Below are positions 10,135 through 19,209 of a stretch of 64,000 nucleotides of DNA, in pieces. Origin of the DNA: an uncultured Helicobacter sp. (GTDB lineage: Bacteria > Campylobacterota > Campylobacteria > Campylobacterales > UBA6016). The stretch's first letter is position 1; each line of letters opens with the position of its first letter. The translations under genes and the position numbers were made by a program. A model generated the notes under the pieces. It saw only the letters and a list, made by a program, of their open reading frames with translations, was not told the DNA's origin and ran no database searches. The stretch lies in the NCBI GenBank assembly GCA_964568395.1, contig CAZMPN010000001.1:129133-193132 (forward strand). Reading direction: 5' to 3'.

Positions 10135-10700
10135 TGAACTTTAAAATACTTGTGGTTGACGATAGCCAGACTATCAGAAAGATCATACGGACGAATCTGG
10201 AGCGCATAGGTGTGAAGAACGTTCTGGAGGCCGGAGACGGCGAAAACGCGCTTAGGATGTTGTCGGCAAATCCGGATATAAACTTGATGTTTATCGATTA
10301 CAACATGCCGGTTATGAACGGGCTGGCCGCCGTCAAGAAGATAAGAGAGAACAAGGCGTACGACAATCTAAAAATTATCGCAATATCGAGCGCTTTCGAC
10401 CCGGCTCTGATGGGAAGCTTCGAGAAGCTAAACGTGGCCGGCTTCATAGTAAAGCCGTTCGATCTGCAAAAGTTTAACAGCACGGTAGCCCCGATATTGG
10501 AATCGCCGGTCGAAGCGGTAGGCGCCGGTGTCCAAAAGGGAGTGCCGAAAGAAGACGTCGTAAGGCTGTTTAGCTCCGAAAAGCCGGACGTGCACATGAA
10601 CGGGAAATTCGTAGAGTTCGATTTTAAAAACGAGAAGATAAAACTGGACGTAGACGTGATATCCAGATACGGTTCAGTCTATGTCGAGCTTGGCGACTAG
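10134..10700 (+). CDS. CheY-like response-regulator receiver protein with approx 65-aa uncharacterised C-terminal extension
   Basis: 188 aa with REC motifs ILVVDDS, FIDYNMPVMNG and FIVKPF. The C-terminal tail has no recognisable DNA-binding or enzymatic motif. Confidence 0.8.
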   Translation: MNFKILVVDDSQTIRKIIRTNLERIGVKNVLEAGDGENALRMLSANPDINLMFIDYNMPVMNGLAAVKKIRENKAYDNLKIIAISSAFDPALMGSFEKLNVAGFIVKPFDLQKFNSTVAPILESPVEAVGAGVQKGVPKEDVVRLFSSEKPDVHMNGKFVEFDFKNEKIKLDVDVISRYGSVYVELGD

Positions 10701-12329
10701 GTCTATATCCAGTTCGCACAACTCCCCTTTTTTCAGCCTCTCTTTTATGCTCATAATCTTTCGCATATAAAAAGATTTTTGCTCTGCCCCAACCGCTTTC
10801 GAGTTTTTCAGCTTTACCAACATCTTGTCGTAGAAAATGGCGCTCTTGGCGATAAGGAAAGAGACCAGCTCCTCTTCGCTCATAGGCGTTATTTTATCGT
10901 TGCCTTCCAGCTCCAAAAGAAGAGGCGAATCAAAGCTGCCCGAAGATACGAGCGAGAAGAGATCCCTATGGTACTCGAACATCTGAGCCTCGATTCTGTT
11001 TAGCACCATATCCAAAAGCGCATGGTTTTGGAGCATCGTCTTTATCGCCGCCGCTTCTGCGGGGTCGTATTTTTCCACTATTTTTTGCTCGGCGTTCTGC
11101 TTTTTCGAGAGTTTAAAAAAATCGGCCGGAACTTTGAGTATCGCCGCCGCCAGCCTTTTATACTCTTCGGCGAAGATTCGGCTTGGAAGCTCAAGAATCT
11201 CTTTCGCTTCGTTTGCAGCCTTCTCTTTTTCAATGGGGTTCGAGAGGTCATGTTTTTTGGCTATGTTTTCTAGCAAAAACTCTATAAAAGGCTTCGTCTT
11301 TCTAAAGATGGCCGCCAGCTCCATCGTTTTGCCGTCCTTTACCATGTCCGCCGGATCCAGTCCTTTGTCGAATATGGCCACCCCGCCGTCTACGGAGTGC
11401 TCAAGCAGCAGCTTTGCAGACTTATACGCCGCGTTCAGTCCTGCGCCGTCTGTATCAAATGCGAGTATCACCTTGGCTTCCGCTTTTTTGATGGTAGGCA
11501 GATGCTCTTTCGTAAGCGCAGTTCCAAGCACCGCTACCGCGTTTGAGAAGCCCGCCTGGTGCAGCATGATGACGTCCATATAGCCTTCGCATACTATCAT
11601 CGTTTTCTGTTTCGCGATCGCCTCTTTGGCTACGTTGATGCCGTAGAACACTTTTGATTTGTTAAATAGCTTCGTCTGAGGAGAGTTTAGGTATTTCGCC
11701 GGATGGTTTGTGATGGTGCGTCCGCCAAATCCTATCACTTTGCCGTTCTGGTTTTTTATCGGGAACGTTATCCGCTCTACGAATCTGGCGAATACTCTCC
11801 CGTTTTCGTCTCCAAGCGCGCCGCATTCGACAGCTTCCGCGACCGGCAGAAAACTTCTCTTGACGAATTCGCTTTGGGCTTGCGACGACGGGGCGTAGCC
11901 AAGCTCGAACTTCTCTATGCTGGACTCGTATACGCCCCTTGCGACGATATACTCTTTGGCGGCGCGGTTATTGTCGAGGCATTTTTTGAAGTATTCGTTG
12001 AATTTTTCCAGTACGTCGCTTTTTTTGGTTGCCGCCGTCGTGTATTCGAGCCTGAAGTTGTATATGGCGGCTATCTTTTCTATCGCTTCGGCGTAGCTGA
12101 TCTTCTCTATCTCTTGGACGAACTTTATCGCATCCCCTGATGCGTGGCATCCAAAACAGTGGTATATCTGTTTGTTCGGACTTACGACGAAACTCGGCGT
12201 CTTTTCGGCATGGAACGGGCAAGGGGACTTGAAGTTCGCGCCCATTTTTTTGATTTCGACGTAGTTTGAAACGACGTCTACGATGTCGATCATGCTTTTA
12301 AGCGCTTCGATAGATTCGGTTTTTATCAT
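10674..12329 (-). CDS. dnaG: DNA primase
   Basis: 551 aa with zinc finger CPFHAEKTPSF...CFGCHASGD, and a TOPRIM domain (VCEGYMDV, AFDTDGAG). Confidence 0.95.
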   Translation of the reverse strand: MIKTESIEALKSMIDIVDVVSNYVEIKKMGANFKSPCPFHAEKTPSFVVSPNKQIYHCFGCHASGDAIKFVQEIEKISYAEAIEKIAAIYNFRLEYTTAATKKSDVLEKFNEYFKKCLDNNRAAKEYIVARGVYESSIEKFELGYAPSSQAQSEFVKRSFLPVAEAVECGALGDENGRVFARFVERITFPIKNQNGKVIGFGGRTITNHPAKYLNSPQTKLFNKSKVFYGINVAKEAIAKQKTMIVCEGYMDVIMLHQAGFSNAVAVLGTALTKEHLPTIKKAEAKVILAFDTDGAGLNAAYKSAKLLLEHSVDGGVAIFDKGLDPADMVKDGKTMELAAIFRKTKPFIEFLLENIAKKHDLSNPIEKEKAANEAKEILELPSRIFAEEYKRLAAAILKVPADFFKLSKKQNAEQKIVEKYDPAEAAAIKTMLQNHALLDMVLNRIEAQMFEYHRDLFSLVSSGSFDSPLLLELEGNDKITPMSEEELVSFLIAKSAIFYDKMLVKLKNSKAVGAEQKSFYMRKIMSIKERLKKGELCELDIDLVAKLDID

Positions 12330-12364
12330 TTCTCGATTATACCGAATTTTGGTACAATCGCGGC

Positions 12365-13420
12365 ATGGGTAGCCTGTTTTTAGATTATCGGGATCCGTTG
12401 TTTGGGATAATGGCTTTTTTGCTTATCGTCTCGGTTGTAGCCGTTCTTTCCATGTTTTTTGGGAAGCTGAAAGGCGATACGCAGAGCAGGCGCATTAAGA
12501 GGTTTTTGCAAAAGTTTCCGTCCGGCTCGGACGAAGGCGGTTATGCGAAAATTCTGGAGGCGCATCCGGACAGCTTCGAGCTTTTGACGAAGGTCGCAAA
12601 GGCCCATTTTGACGGTGGCGACTTCGAAAAGGCGCTAAAGATATATCTGGCGCTCCTGGAGTGGTTGTCGGTATTTGAAAAGGCGAAGAGGGCGGAAATA
12701 CTCTCGTATATGGGTGATATATACACAAAAAGCGGCTTTTTGCAACGCTCCGTCGACGCTTACGAACAGAGCCTCGGACTTGTGGCTAGAAACCAAGGCG
12801 TATTGGAGAAGCTATCAAGACTCTATGAAAAAAGAGGGGAGCACCAAAAAGCGTTGGAGGCCGTCGACGCGCTCATAGAGATGGGGCTCGAGAAGCAAAA
12901 AGAGAAGCGCTTTTTGGAAGGTATCGTCTCTTTGAGGACGGCGAACACTTTTGAGGAGAAGCTGTCGATTCTGGACTCCCTCTATGGTTTTAGCCCCTAT
13001 TTCGCCAGGGAATATCTAAAAGAGCTGCTCTTGACGGACCAAAAGAGAGCGGCCGTTTTTTTGTCCGACAAGGGCGATGTGAACTTTTTGGATATATTGT
13101 GGAGTTTCGAGCTTGACAACGAGATATTCAAAAACAGTACCAATCCGCTCGTCAAAAGCGTTTTGGCCGCAAAGGCGAAGAGCTATGCGGAGTCGGCGGA
13201 GAGCGGAATATTCGAACTCGACGTGCTGGTGGCGGCAAAATCCGCTAAGCCGGATATGGCGGTTGGACTCGGCTTTGAGTTTGTATGTCAAAAATGCGGC
13301 AATCTCGATATAGACTACTTCTTTTCTTGTAAATGCTGCGGCGCCATAGACGAATGTAGGGTAGCGCCCGAAATAACTAAAGTAAGCCAAGATTCGGCTT
13401 TGTTTTTGGAGAGCTGGTGA
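12365..13420 (+). CDS. TPR protein with N-terminal TM helix and C-terminal double-CxxC zinc ribbon (LapB/YciM-like architecture)
   Basis: 351 aa. It has a TM helix (IMAFLLIVSVVAVLSMFF), TPR-like helical repeats and a C-terminal CQKCG...SCKCCG. Confidence 0.55.
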   Translation: MGSLFLDYRDPLFGIMAFLLIVSVVAVLSMFFGKLKGDTQSRRIKRFLQKFPSGSDEGGYAKILEAHPDSFELLTKVAKAHFDGGDFEKALKIYLALLEWLSVFEKAKRAEILSYMGDIYTKSGFLQRSVDAYEQSLGLVARNQGVLEKLSRLYEKRGEHQKALEAVDALIEMGLEKQKEKRFLEGIVSLRTANTFEEKLSILDSLYGFSPYFAREYLKELLLTDQKRAAVFLSDKGDVNFLDILWSFELDNEIFKNSTNPLVKSVLAAKAKSYAESAESGIFELDVLVAAKSAKPDMAVGLGFEFVCQKCGNLDIDYFFSCKCCGAIDECRVAPEITKVSQDSALFLESW

Positions 13421-13845
13421 AAAAAGTGTCTATCTATACGGACGGCTCGAGCCTCGGAAACCCAGGGCCCGGAGGATATTGCGCGATACTGGAGTATGAA
13501 GTGGGCGGAAAACTTCATAGAAAAACCGTAAGCGGCGGCGAAGCGCATACGACAAATAACCGTATGGAGCTAAAAGCCGCGATTGAAGGCTTGTCGGCGC
13601 TAAAAGAAGGGTGTATTGTTGATATAATAACGGACTCGAAATACGTCGCCGACGCCATTAACAGCTGGCTGCACGGATGGATAAAAAAAGATTTCAAGGA
13701 CGTCAAAAACCCTGATTTGTGGGCCGAGTATATCAAAGCCGCAAAGCCGCACAGGGTAAGCGCCCATTGGGTAAGAGGGCACAACGGCCACCCCCAAAAC
13801 GAAGAGTGTGATCTGGTGGCAAAAAGCGAAGCCCAAAAATTTTAG
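13417..13845 (+). CDS. rnhA: ribonuclease HI
   Basis: 142 aa with [23 protein letters not shown] and [16 protein letters not shown] motifs. Confidence 0.92.
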   Translation: MKKVSIYTDGSSLGNPGPGGYCAILEYEVGGKLHRKTVSGGEAHTTNNRMELKAAIEGLSALKEGCIVDIITDSKYVADAINSWLHGWIKKDFKDVKNPDLWAEYIKAAKPHRVSAHWVRGHNGHPQNEECDLVAKSEAQKF

Positions 13846-13853
13846 GAGAGTGT

Positions 13854-14531
13854 ATGGAGTTAGGTAGTCTAGAGAAAAGCCTCGGCCTCGTCTTTAGCGA
13901 TAAGCAGCTGCTAGCGCAGGCGCTTACGCACAAAAGCTGCAAAAAGCCGTACAATAACGAAAGGCTTGAATTTTTAGGCGATGCGGTACTGGACCTTGTG
14001 GTGGGCGAGTATCTGTATATGAAATTTCCTTCGGCAAACGAAGGGAACCTCTCCAAAATCAGGGCTTCGCTCGTTAACGAAAAAGGGTTTATGAAGCTGG
14101 CGCAGGTGCTGAAACTTGGCGAATACATAATGATCTCTTCGGCGGAGGAGAACAACGACGGCAGGAATAAGCCCTCCATCCTCTCAAACGCGTTTGAAGC
14201 TTTAATGGGCGCCGTGTATCTTGAGTTCGGTCTTCAAAAAGTGAAAGAGATTTCGATATCGCTTATCGAGCAGATCTATCCGAAGATAGACCTGATGACG
14301 CTTTTTAGCGACTATAAGACGAGTTTGCAGGAGCTTACGCAGGCAAAATTCGCTGTGACTCCCGAATATACGCTTGTAGGCTCTAGCGGCCCGGACCACA
14401 AAAAAGAGTTCACGGTAGAGGTGCTGATAAACAAAAAAGCGTACGCGAGCGCATCGGGGCCCAGCAAAAAAGAGGCGGAGCAAGAGGCCGCCAAAAAGAC
14501 TCTGGAGATACTAAAAAAGGATAACGGTTGA
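13854..14531 (+). CDS. rnc: ribonuclease III
   Basis: 225 aa with the RNase III signature [12 protein letters not shown] and a C-terminal dsRBD ([12 protein letters not shown]...[12 protein letters not shown]). Confidence 0.95.
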   Translation: MELGSLEKSLGLVFSDKQLLAQALTHKSCKKPYNNERLEFLGDAVLDLVVGEYLYMKFPSANEGNLSKIRASLVNEKGFMKLAQVLKLGEYIMISSAEENNDGRNKPSILSNAFEALMGAVYLEFGLQKVKEISISLIEQIYPKIDLMTLFSDYKTSLQELTQAKFAVTPEYTLVGSSGPDHKKEFTVEVLINKKAYASASGPSKKEAEQEAAKKTLEILKKDNG

Positions 14532-15601
14532 ATAGTTTTGGGGCTGCTTTGAAAGTAACGACGTTCGGCGAGTCTCACGGCGCCGGGATAGGATGCGTGA
14601 TAGACGGAATGCCGGCCGGAGTCAAGGTGGATATGGAGTTTTTGCTATCCGAAATGGACAAAAGACGCCCCGGTAAAAACAAATTATCAACCCAAAGAAA
14701 CGAGGAAGATGTTCCGGAAATCCTGAGCGGGGTATTCGAGGGAGTAACAACCGGGACGCCTATAGCCGTGCTAATCCGCAATAAGGACCAAAAATCCGGC
14801 GACTATAGCGCCGTCGCCAACAGTTTTAGGCCGGGACACGCCGATTTCGGGTATCTCTCAAAATACGGCATCAGGGATTATCGCGGCGGCGGCAGAAGCT
14901 CTGCAAGGGAGACGGCCGCCAGGGTGGCCGCGGGAGCGTTTGCGAAGATGCTTCTAAAAGAGTTCGGTATATCCGTAGAGTATGGCGTCTTTCAGATAGG
15001 CGAAGCGGCGGGCATCGAAGAGGATTTTGAATTTGCGGCGACAAGCGAGATATTTTCTCTTTGCAGGCGGCAAGAGGGCGCCATGAAAGCGCAAATAGAG
15101 GCGGCAAGGGATGCCCACGATTCCGTAGGCGGGGCCGTCAAGGTGCGTATCAAGGGCGCTCCAGTCGGGCTTGGAGAGCCGCTATACCATAAGTTCGACT
15201 CGGAGCTTGGCGGACTGATGATGGGCGTCAACGGCGTAAAAGCCGTCGAGATAGGCGCCGGTATCAAAGTCTCGTCCATGAGGGGCAGCCAAAACAACGA
15301 TCAGCGCACAAAAGAGGGTTTTTTATCCAATAACGCCGGCGGGATACTGGGCGGCATCAGCACCGGCCAGGATATAGAGCTAAGGGTCTATTTCAAGCCG
15401 ACGCCTTCGATATTCCTTACACAAAAAACCGTAAACGGGGAAGGCGACGATGTAGAGATGAATCTGACCGGCAGGCATGACCCTTGCATAGCCGCCCGCG
15501 GTGCGGTCGTCGCAGGAGCGATGGCGGCTCTGGTGACGGCGGATATGCTGCTTTTGAACGCCGCTTCGAAACTAGAGAACTTAAAAAAGATATACGGATA
15601 A
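14528..15601 (+). CDS. aroC: chorismate synthase
   Basis: 357 aa with TFGESHG, RPGHADF and GRHDPC motifs. Confidence 0.95.
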   Translation: MNSFGAALKVTTFGESHGAGIGCVIDGMPAGVKVDMEFLLSEMDKRRPGKNKLSTQRNEEDVPEILSGVFEGVTTGTPIAVLIRNKDQKSGDYSAVANSFRPGHADFGYLSKYGIRDYRGGGRSSARETAARVAAGAFAKMLLKEFGISVEYGVFQIGEAAGIEEDFEFAATSEIFSLCRRQEGAMKAQIEAARDAHDSVGGAVKVRIKGAPVGLGEPLYHKFDSELGGLMMGVNGVKAVEIGAGIKVSSMRGSQNNDQRTKEGFLSNNAGGILGGISTGQDIELRVYFKPTPSIFLTQKTVNGEGDDVEMNLTGRHDPCIAARGAVVAGAMAALVTADMLLLNAASKLENLKKIYG

Positions 15602-15679
15602 TTTTTCCTAAGGTGTGGTAGAATACACCTTCCAAACCGTTGCCTTATATGCTTGAGAGCCTAACTTAAAGGGGTTTTC

Positions 15680-15958
15680 ATGAAAACTACATATATAGCT
15701 TTATTTACGGCTTTGACGCTTGGTTTCTCTTTTGGCGGTTGTGCGTACAATTTCGCAAACTGGGATGCCTGGAAAGAAGATAAAGCCGGCGAGAGATATG
15801 CCGCCGAGGTTTTAACTAGTGAAGTCAAAGACGGCGCGATTTACGGTACGGCTAGAGTCTACTCTACCGGTAAGGTCGTGGATTATGTCCAAAAGCCTTA
15901 CATCAAGACTACGCTTCCATTCTCAAAAGGTACGACGATCTTCGTCGATAAAAAATAG
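15680..15958 (+). CDS. small hypothetical lipoprotein
   Basis: 92 aa with signal peptide and lipobox (LGFSFGGC). An AAAGGGG RBS lies upstream. Confidence 0.5.
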   Translation: MKTTYIALFTALTLGFSFGGCAYNFANWDAWKEDKAGERYAAEVLTSEVKDGAIYGTARVYSTGKVVDYVQKPYIKTTLPFSKGTTIFVDKK

Positions 15959-15997
15959 CTTTTGAGCCTAGGTAACGGTTTCTTCTTTTTGTTTTTT

Positions 15998-16074
15998 GTG
16001 CCCGTAGCTCAGCTGGATAGAGTTTCAGATTGCGATTCTGAAGGTCACAGGTTCGAATCCTGTCGGGCACGCCA
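15998..16074 (+). tRNA. tRNA-Arg (anticodon GCG as read)
   Basis: A 77-nt cloverleaf: GTGCCCG TA GCTC AGCTGGATA GAGT T TCAGA TTGCGAT TCTGA AGGTC ACAGG TTCGAAT CCTGT CGGGCAC G CCA. The D-arm is as in E. coli tRNA-Arg(ACG), but position 34 is G. Confidence 0.85.
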
Positions 16075-16148
16075 TCAATCTTCATAAAAACTAATCATTT
16101 ATTATTCGTATGATATTCTAGGCTTATAAAAATTCTAGAGGAGTATTC

Positions 16149-16418
16149 ATGAGATTTGTAGCGTTTCTTCTGTTGTTTGTCTCTTTCCTGTTCGCCAAAG
16201 TGGATTTGAACACCGCCAGCGAAGCGGAGCTTCAAAAGGTAAAAGGCGTAGGTCCCGCAAAAGCGAAAGCTATAGTCGAGTATAGGCAAAAAAACGGAAG
16301 TTTTGCAAGCGTAGACGATCTTAAAAACGTAAAAGGGTTCGGCGAAAAGAGCGTATCCTCGCTCAAAAACGACCTAGAGGTAAAATCTACCCCTACGAAC
16401 GCTCCGGCGAAAAAATAA
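16149..16418 (+). CDS. comEA: ComEA-type helix-hairpin-helix DNA-binding protein
   Basis: 89 aa with a signal peptide, then LNTASEAELQKVKGVGPAKAKAIVEYRQKNGSFASVDDLKNVKGFGEKS (tandem HhH). Confidence 0.8.
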   Translation: MRFVAFLLLFVSFLFAKVDLNTASEAELQKVKGVGPAKAKAIVEYRQKNGSFASVDDLKNVKGFGEKSVSSLKNDLEVKSTPTNAPAKK

Positions 16419-16424
16419 ATCCTC

Positions 16425-16445
16425 AAAAGGCCTTTCGGCCTTTTT
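16425..16445. terminator. bidirectional hairpin between convergent comEA and ilvA
   Basis: The sequence AAAAGGCC-TTTC-GGCCTTTTT is flanked by an A-run and a T-run. Confidence 0.5.
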
Positions 16446-17655
16446 ACATTACTTCCGAAAATTTAAATTTCCTAGCCTGCAAAGCCTCTTTTATCGTCTC
16501 TTGATGCTCTTTGCCCTTAGTCTCTAGCGTGATGATGATATTGGCGTCCCCATACGCAAGGTCGGAAGCGGTGCGATCGTAGTCTATCGCTACTATGTTC
16601 GCGGCCGTATCCTTGAATATCCCGGTCAGTTCCATTAGGCTCCCCGGCTTGTCTATAAGGGTGATGATGAGCTTCATCTTGCGATGGGATTTTGCGAGGC
16701 CTTTTTCGATAATGAGCGAGAGCGTATTTACGTCGATATTGCCGCCGCTTAGGACTACGCCTATCTTTTTATTCTTTTGAGGCGCTACCTTTTCGTGCAT
16801 CAAAGCCGCAACACCGACGGCTCCGGCGCCCTCCACGACTATCTTGTGCCTCTCCATCAAAAATAGTATCGCGTTCGCTATCTCTTCGTCGTCCACTTGC
16901 ACCAGTTCGTCTACGTATCCGCTCAGGATATCCAGCATCTTGGGAGATGTGTCGCGCACGGCTATGCCGTCGGCAATCGTGCGCACGCTAGTGGAGTCTA
17001 TCGGATTTTTAGCCGCGAACGACTCGAACATCGCCGGGGCGCCCTTGGCCGTTACGCCTATGATTTTTACATCAGGTTTTATCGCTTTCGCGGCTATGGC
17101 TATTCCGCTGATTAGCCCGCCGCCGCCCACCGGCACCAGTATCGTATCCAGTTCAGGTTCGCTCTCCAGCATCTCGAGCGCTATCGTGCCTTGTCCGGCT
17201 ATCACCTCGTCGTCTTCGAAAGGATGTACGAAAGTCATTTTATTATCGGCGGCTATCTGTCTGGCATGGGCGTAAGCCTCGTCGTAGTTGTTGCCTTTTA
17301 GCACCACCTCGGCGCCGAAGTTTTTGACGCCGTTGACTTTGAGAAGCGGCGTGGCTTCCGGCATGACGATTACCGCTTTGATACCGAAATGCTTCGCGCT
17401 AAACGCTACGCCCTGGGCATGGTTGCCGGCGCTTGCCGCTATGACCCCGGCGGCTCTCTCTTCGCTTGAAAGCGTGCTTATCTTGTTGAATGCGCCCCTG
17501 ATTTTAAAAGCCCCGGTATTTTGGAGGCTCTCTTTTTTGATAAAGATTTCCGTACCGAGCTGGCCTGTGAGATAGTCCGACTTTACGAAGGGGACGGCGG
17601 CTATGACCTCTTTTACCCTCTCTCTTGCAGCCTGTACGTCTTTTAAAGTTACCAT
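16444..17655 (-). CDS. ilvA: threonine ammonia-lyase (threonine dehydratase)
   Basis: 403 aa with the PLP-lysine motif ESLQNTGAFKIRGA, the glycine loop VPVGGGGLISG and a C-terminal ACT-like regulatory domain. Confidence 0.9.
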   Translation of the reverse strand: MVTLKDVQAARERVKEVIAAVPFVKSDYLTGQLGTEIFIKKESLQNTGAFKIRGAFNKISTLSSEERAAGVIAASAGNHAQGVAFSAKHFGIKAVIVMPEATPLLKVNGVKNFGAEVVLKGNNYDEAYAHARQIAADNKMTFVHPFEDDEVIAGQGTIALEMLESEPELDTILVPVGGGGLISGIAIAAKAIKPDVKIIGVTAKGAPAMFESFAAKNPIDSTSVRTIADGIAVRDTSPKMLDILSGYVDELVQVDDEEIANAILFLMERHKIVVEGAGAVGVAALMHEKVAPQKNKKIGVVLSGGNIDVNTLSLIIEKGLAKSHRKMKLIITLIDKPGSLMELTGIFKDTAANIVAIDYDRTASDLAYGDANIIITLETKGKEHQETIKEALQARKFKFSEVM

Positions 17656-17656
17656 T

Positions 17657-18094
17657 TTAATTTCCGATTAGTTTTCTGTGTTCTACCATTATGCATTTGT
17701 TCGTAACGGCAAAAAGCCCGCCCGCGGCCGCCTTCTTCTCGGCTTCGTCGTCGTGGCACCCTATCTGCCCCCATAGAAGCATCGGAGAGAGCTTTAGCGT
17801 TTCGTCGACTATCGCGTCAAGGGCGTCGCCTTTTCTAAATACGTTTACTATGTCCACTTTTTTGTCTATTTCGCCGAGGCTTCTATAGACTTTTTGCCCC
17901 AGTATCGTCTCCTCTTTCGGATACACCGGGATTACCTCGTATCCGGCGGCTATCAGGTATTTTGCCACCCTGTTGCTATCCTTGCTCTCGTCAGGGGAGA
18001 GGCCTATGACGGCTATGGTCTTGGCTTCCAAGAATATTTTTTTTACGTTCTCTTTTTCTTTCTCGCCAAAAGGCGTAGGCATGATGCACTCCAT
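17657..18094 (-). CDS. CoA-binding domain protein (YccU/YneT-like)
   Basis: I placed the start at the ATG at 18094 (MECIMPTP...), preceded by AGGAAAGGAAG and overlapping the trmA stop (TAATG). It carries the AVIGLSPDESKDSNRVAKYL...VIPVYP motif. Confidence 0.75.
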   Translation of the reverse strand: MECIMPTPFGEKEKENVKKIFLEAKTIAVIGLSPDESKDSNRVAKYLIAAGYEVIPVYPKEETILGQKVYRSLGEIDKKVDIVNVFRKGDALDAIVDETLKLSPMLLWGQIGCHDDEAEKKAAAGGLFAVTNKCIMVEHRKLIGN

Positions 18095-19209
18095 TAGCTT
18101 CCTTTCCTGGTTAGTCTGACGCCGCACTCCAGATGGTTCGTGTAGGCGAATTGGTCGAATACCGCAAAAGCTTTTATATCGTGTGTTTTTGAGAGGATCT
18201 CAAGGTCCGTCTTTAGCGTCTCTGGGCTGCACGAAATATAGATGATTTCGTCGTAGTTCGCCGCAAATTCGCGCCCCTTCTCGCCTAGTCCGGCGCGCGG
18301 CGGATCCACGAAAATAGTGTGAAAATCGAACTCTTTTAGCTCTATCCCCTGAAGCCTAGTAAACTCCCTGGCTCCGCCAAGCGCCTGGGACGCCTCTTCC
18401 GCCGAGATACGCCCCAGATATAGATTGGTTAGGTTGTTGAGCTCCCTATTTTTTTTCGCGGCCTCTATCGCCTCTTTGACGACTTCGGTGGCGAATACGC
18501 GTCTATATTTTTTGGCAAACGCTATCGTGAAGTTGCCGCTACCGCAATAAAGCTCGATAAGGTCGCCTTTGCCGCTGGCGTTTTTGACGGCCCAGCCCAG
18601 CATCTTTTCGTTAACCGCGCCGTTTGGCTGGCTAAAGCAGTTTTGTTTGACTATGTATGTCAGCTTTTCGCCGGCCACGTCGAAGCTTCTGGTGACGTAG
18701 TCTTGCCCGATGGTTTGTATTGCCCCCTTGGAACGCCCCGTGACGTATACGCCGTGTTTTTGGGATAGTTCCTTGGCCGCTTTTTGCCACTGCTCGTCCA
18801 GCTTTCTATGGTAGACGAGGTTTAGTACGCACTCGTCCTTGCCGTTTCCTAGAAGCTCGGCCGAAAAAAGTTTCTCTCTCAGCCTTTTATCGCTATTTAG
18901 CGCGGCGGGCAGGGTTTTTACGAGTTCGTTTAGCGAATATGAGAGGATTTCGCACTCACGCACCTCAAAAAACCTCTTCTCGCGGTTCGTCAGCGCAAAA
19001 TAAAGCCCGTCGTCACCCTCTTTGTAGACGCGAAACTCCACTCTGTCGCGGAAATTCGATTCCGGGCTTTCGAATACCTCTATGTCCGAGCGCCAAAGCT
19101 CTTTGAAGTCCTCTCTGATTACCGCTAGTTTTCTCTCTAATTGGGCTTTGTATCCACCCTCATAGTTTACACAGGCGTTGCAAACGCCAAAATGTACGCA
19201 CTTCATCAT
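18094..19209 (-). CDS. trmA: tRNA (uracil-5-)-methyltransferase, TrmA/RumA family
   Basis: 371 aa with SAM motif LIELYCGSGNFT, FVDPPRAGL and the catalytic-Cys region YISCSPETL. Confidence 0.8.
   Translation of the reverse strand: MMKCVHFGVCNACVNYEGGYKAQLERKLAVIREDFKELWRSDIEVFESPESNFRDRVEFRVYKEGDDGLYFALTNREKRFFEVRECEILSYSLNELVKTLPAALNSDKRLREKLFSAELLGNGKDECVLNLVYHRKLDEQWQKAAKELSQKHGVYVTGRSKGAIQTIGQDYVTRSFDVAGEKLTYIVKQNCFSQPNGAVNEKMLGWAVKNASGKGDLIELYCGSGNFTIAFAKKYRRVFATEVVKEAIEAAKKNRELNNLTNLYLGRISAEEASQALGGAREFTRLQGIELKEFDFHTIFVDPPRAGLGEKGREFAANYDEIIYISCSPETLKTDLEILSKTHDIKAFAVFDQFAYTNHLECGVRLTRKGS

Noticed and set aside
15610-15632. Inverted repeat AAGGTGT-N8-ACACCTT just after aroC as a terminator
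   Set aside because: It is not followed by a T-run, and its loop contains a TGgTAGAAT extended -10 box. It is more likely part of the promoter of the downstream lipoprotein gene than a terminator, and the evidence is too weak to call either.
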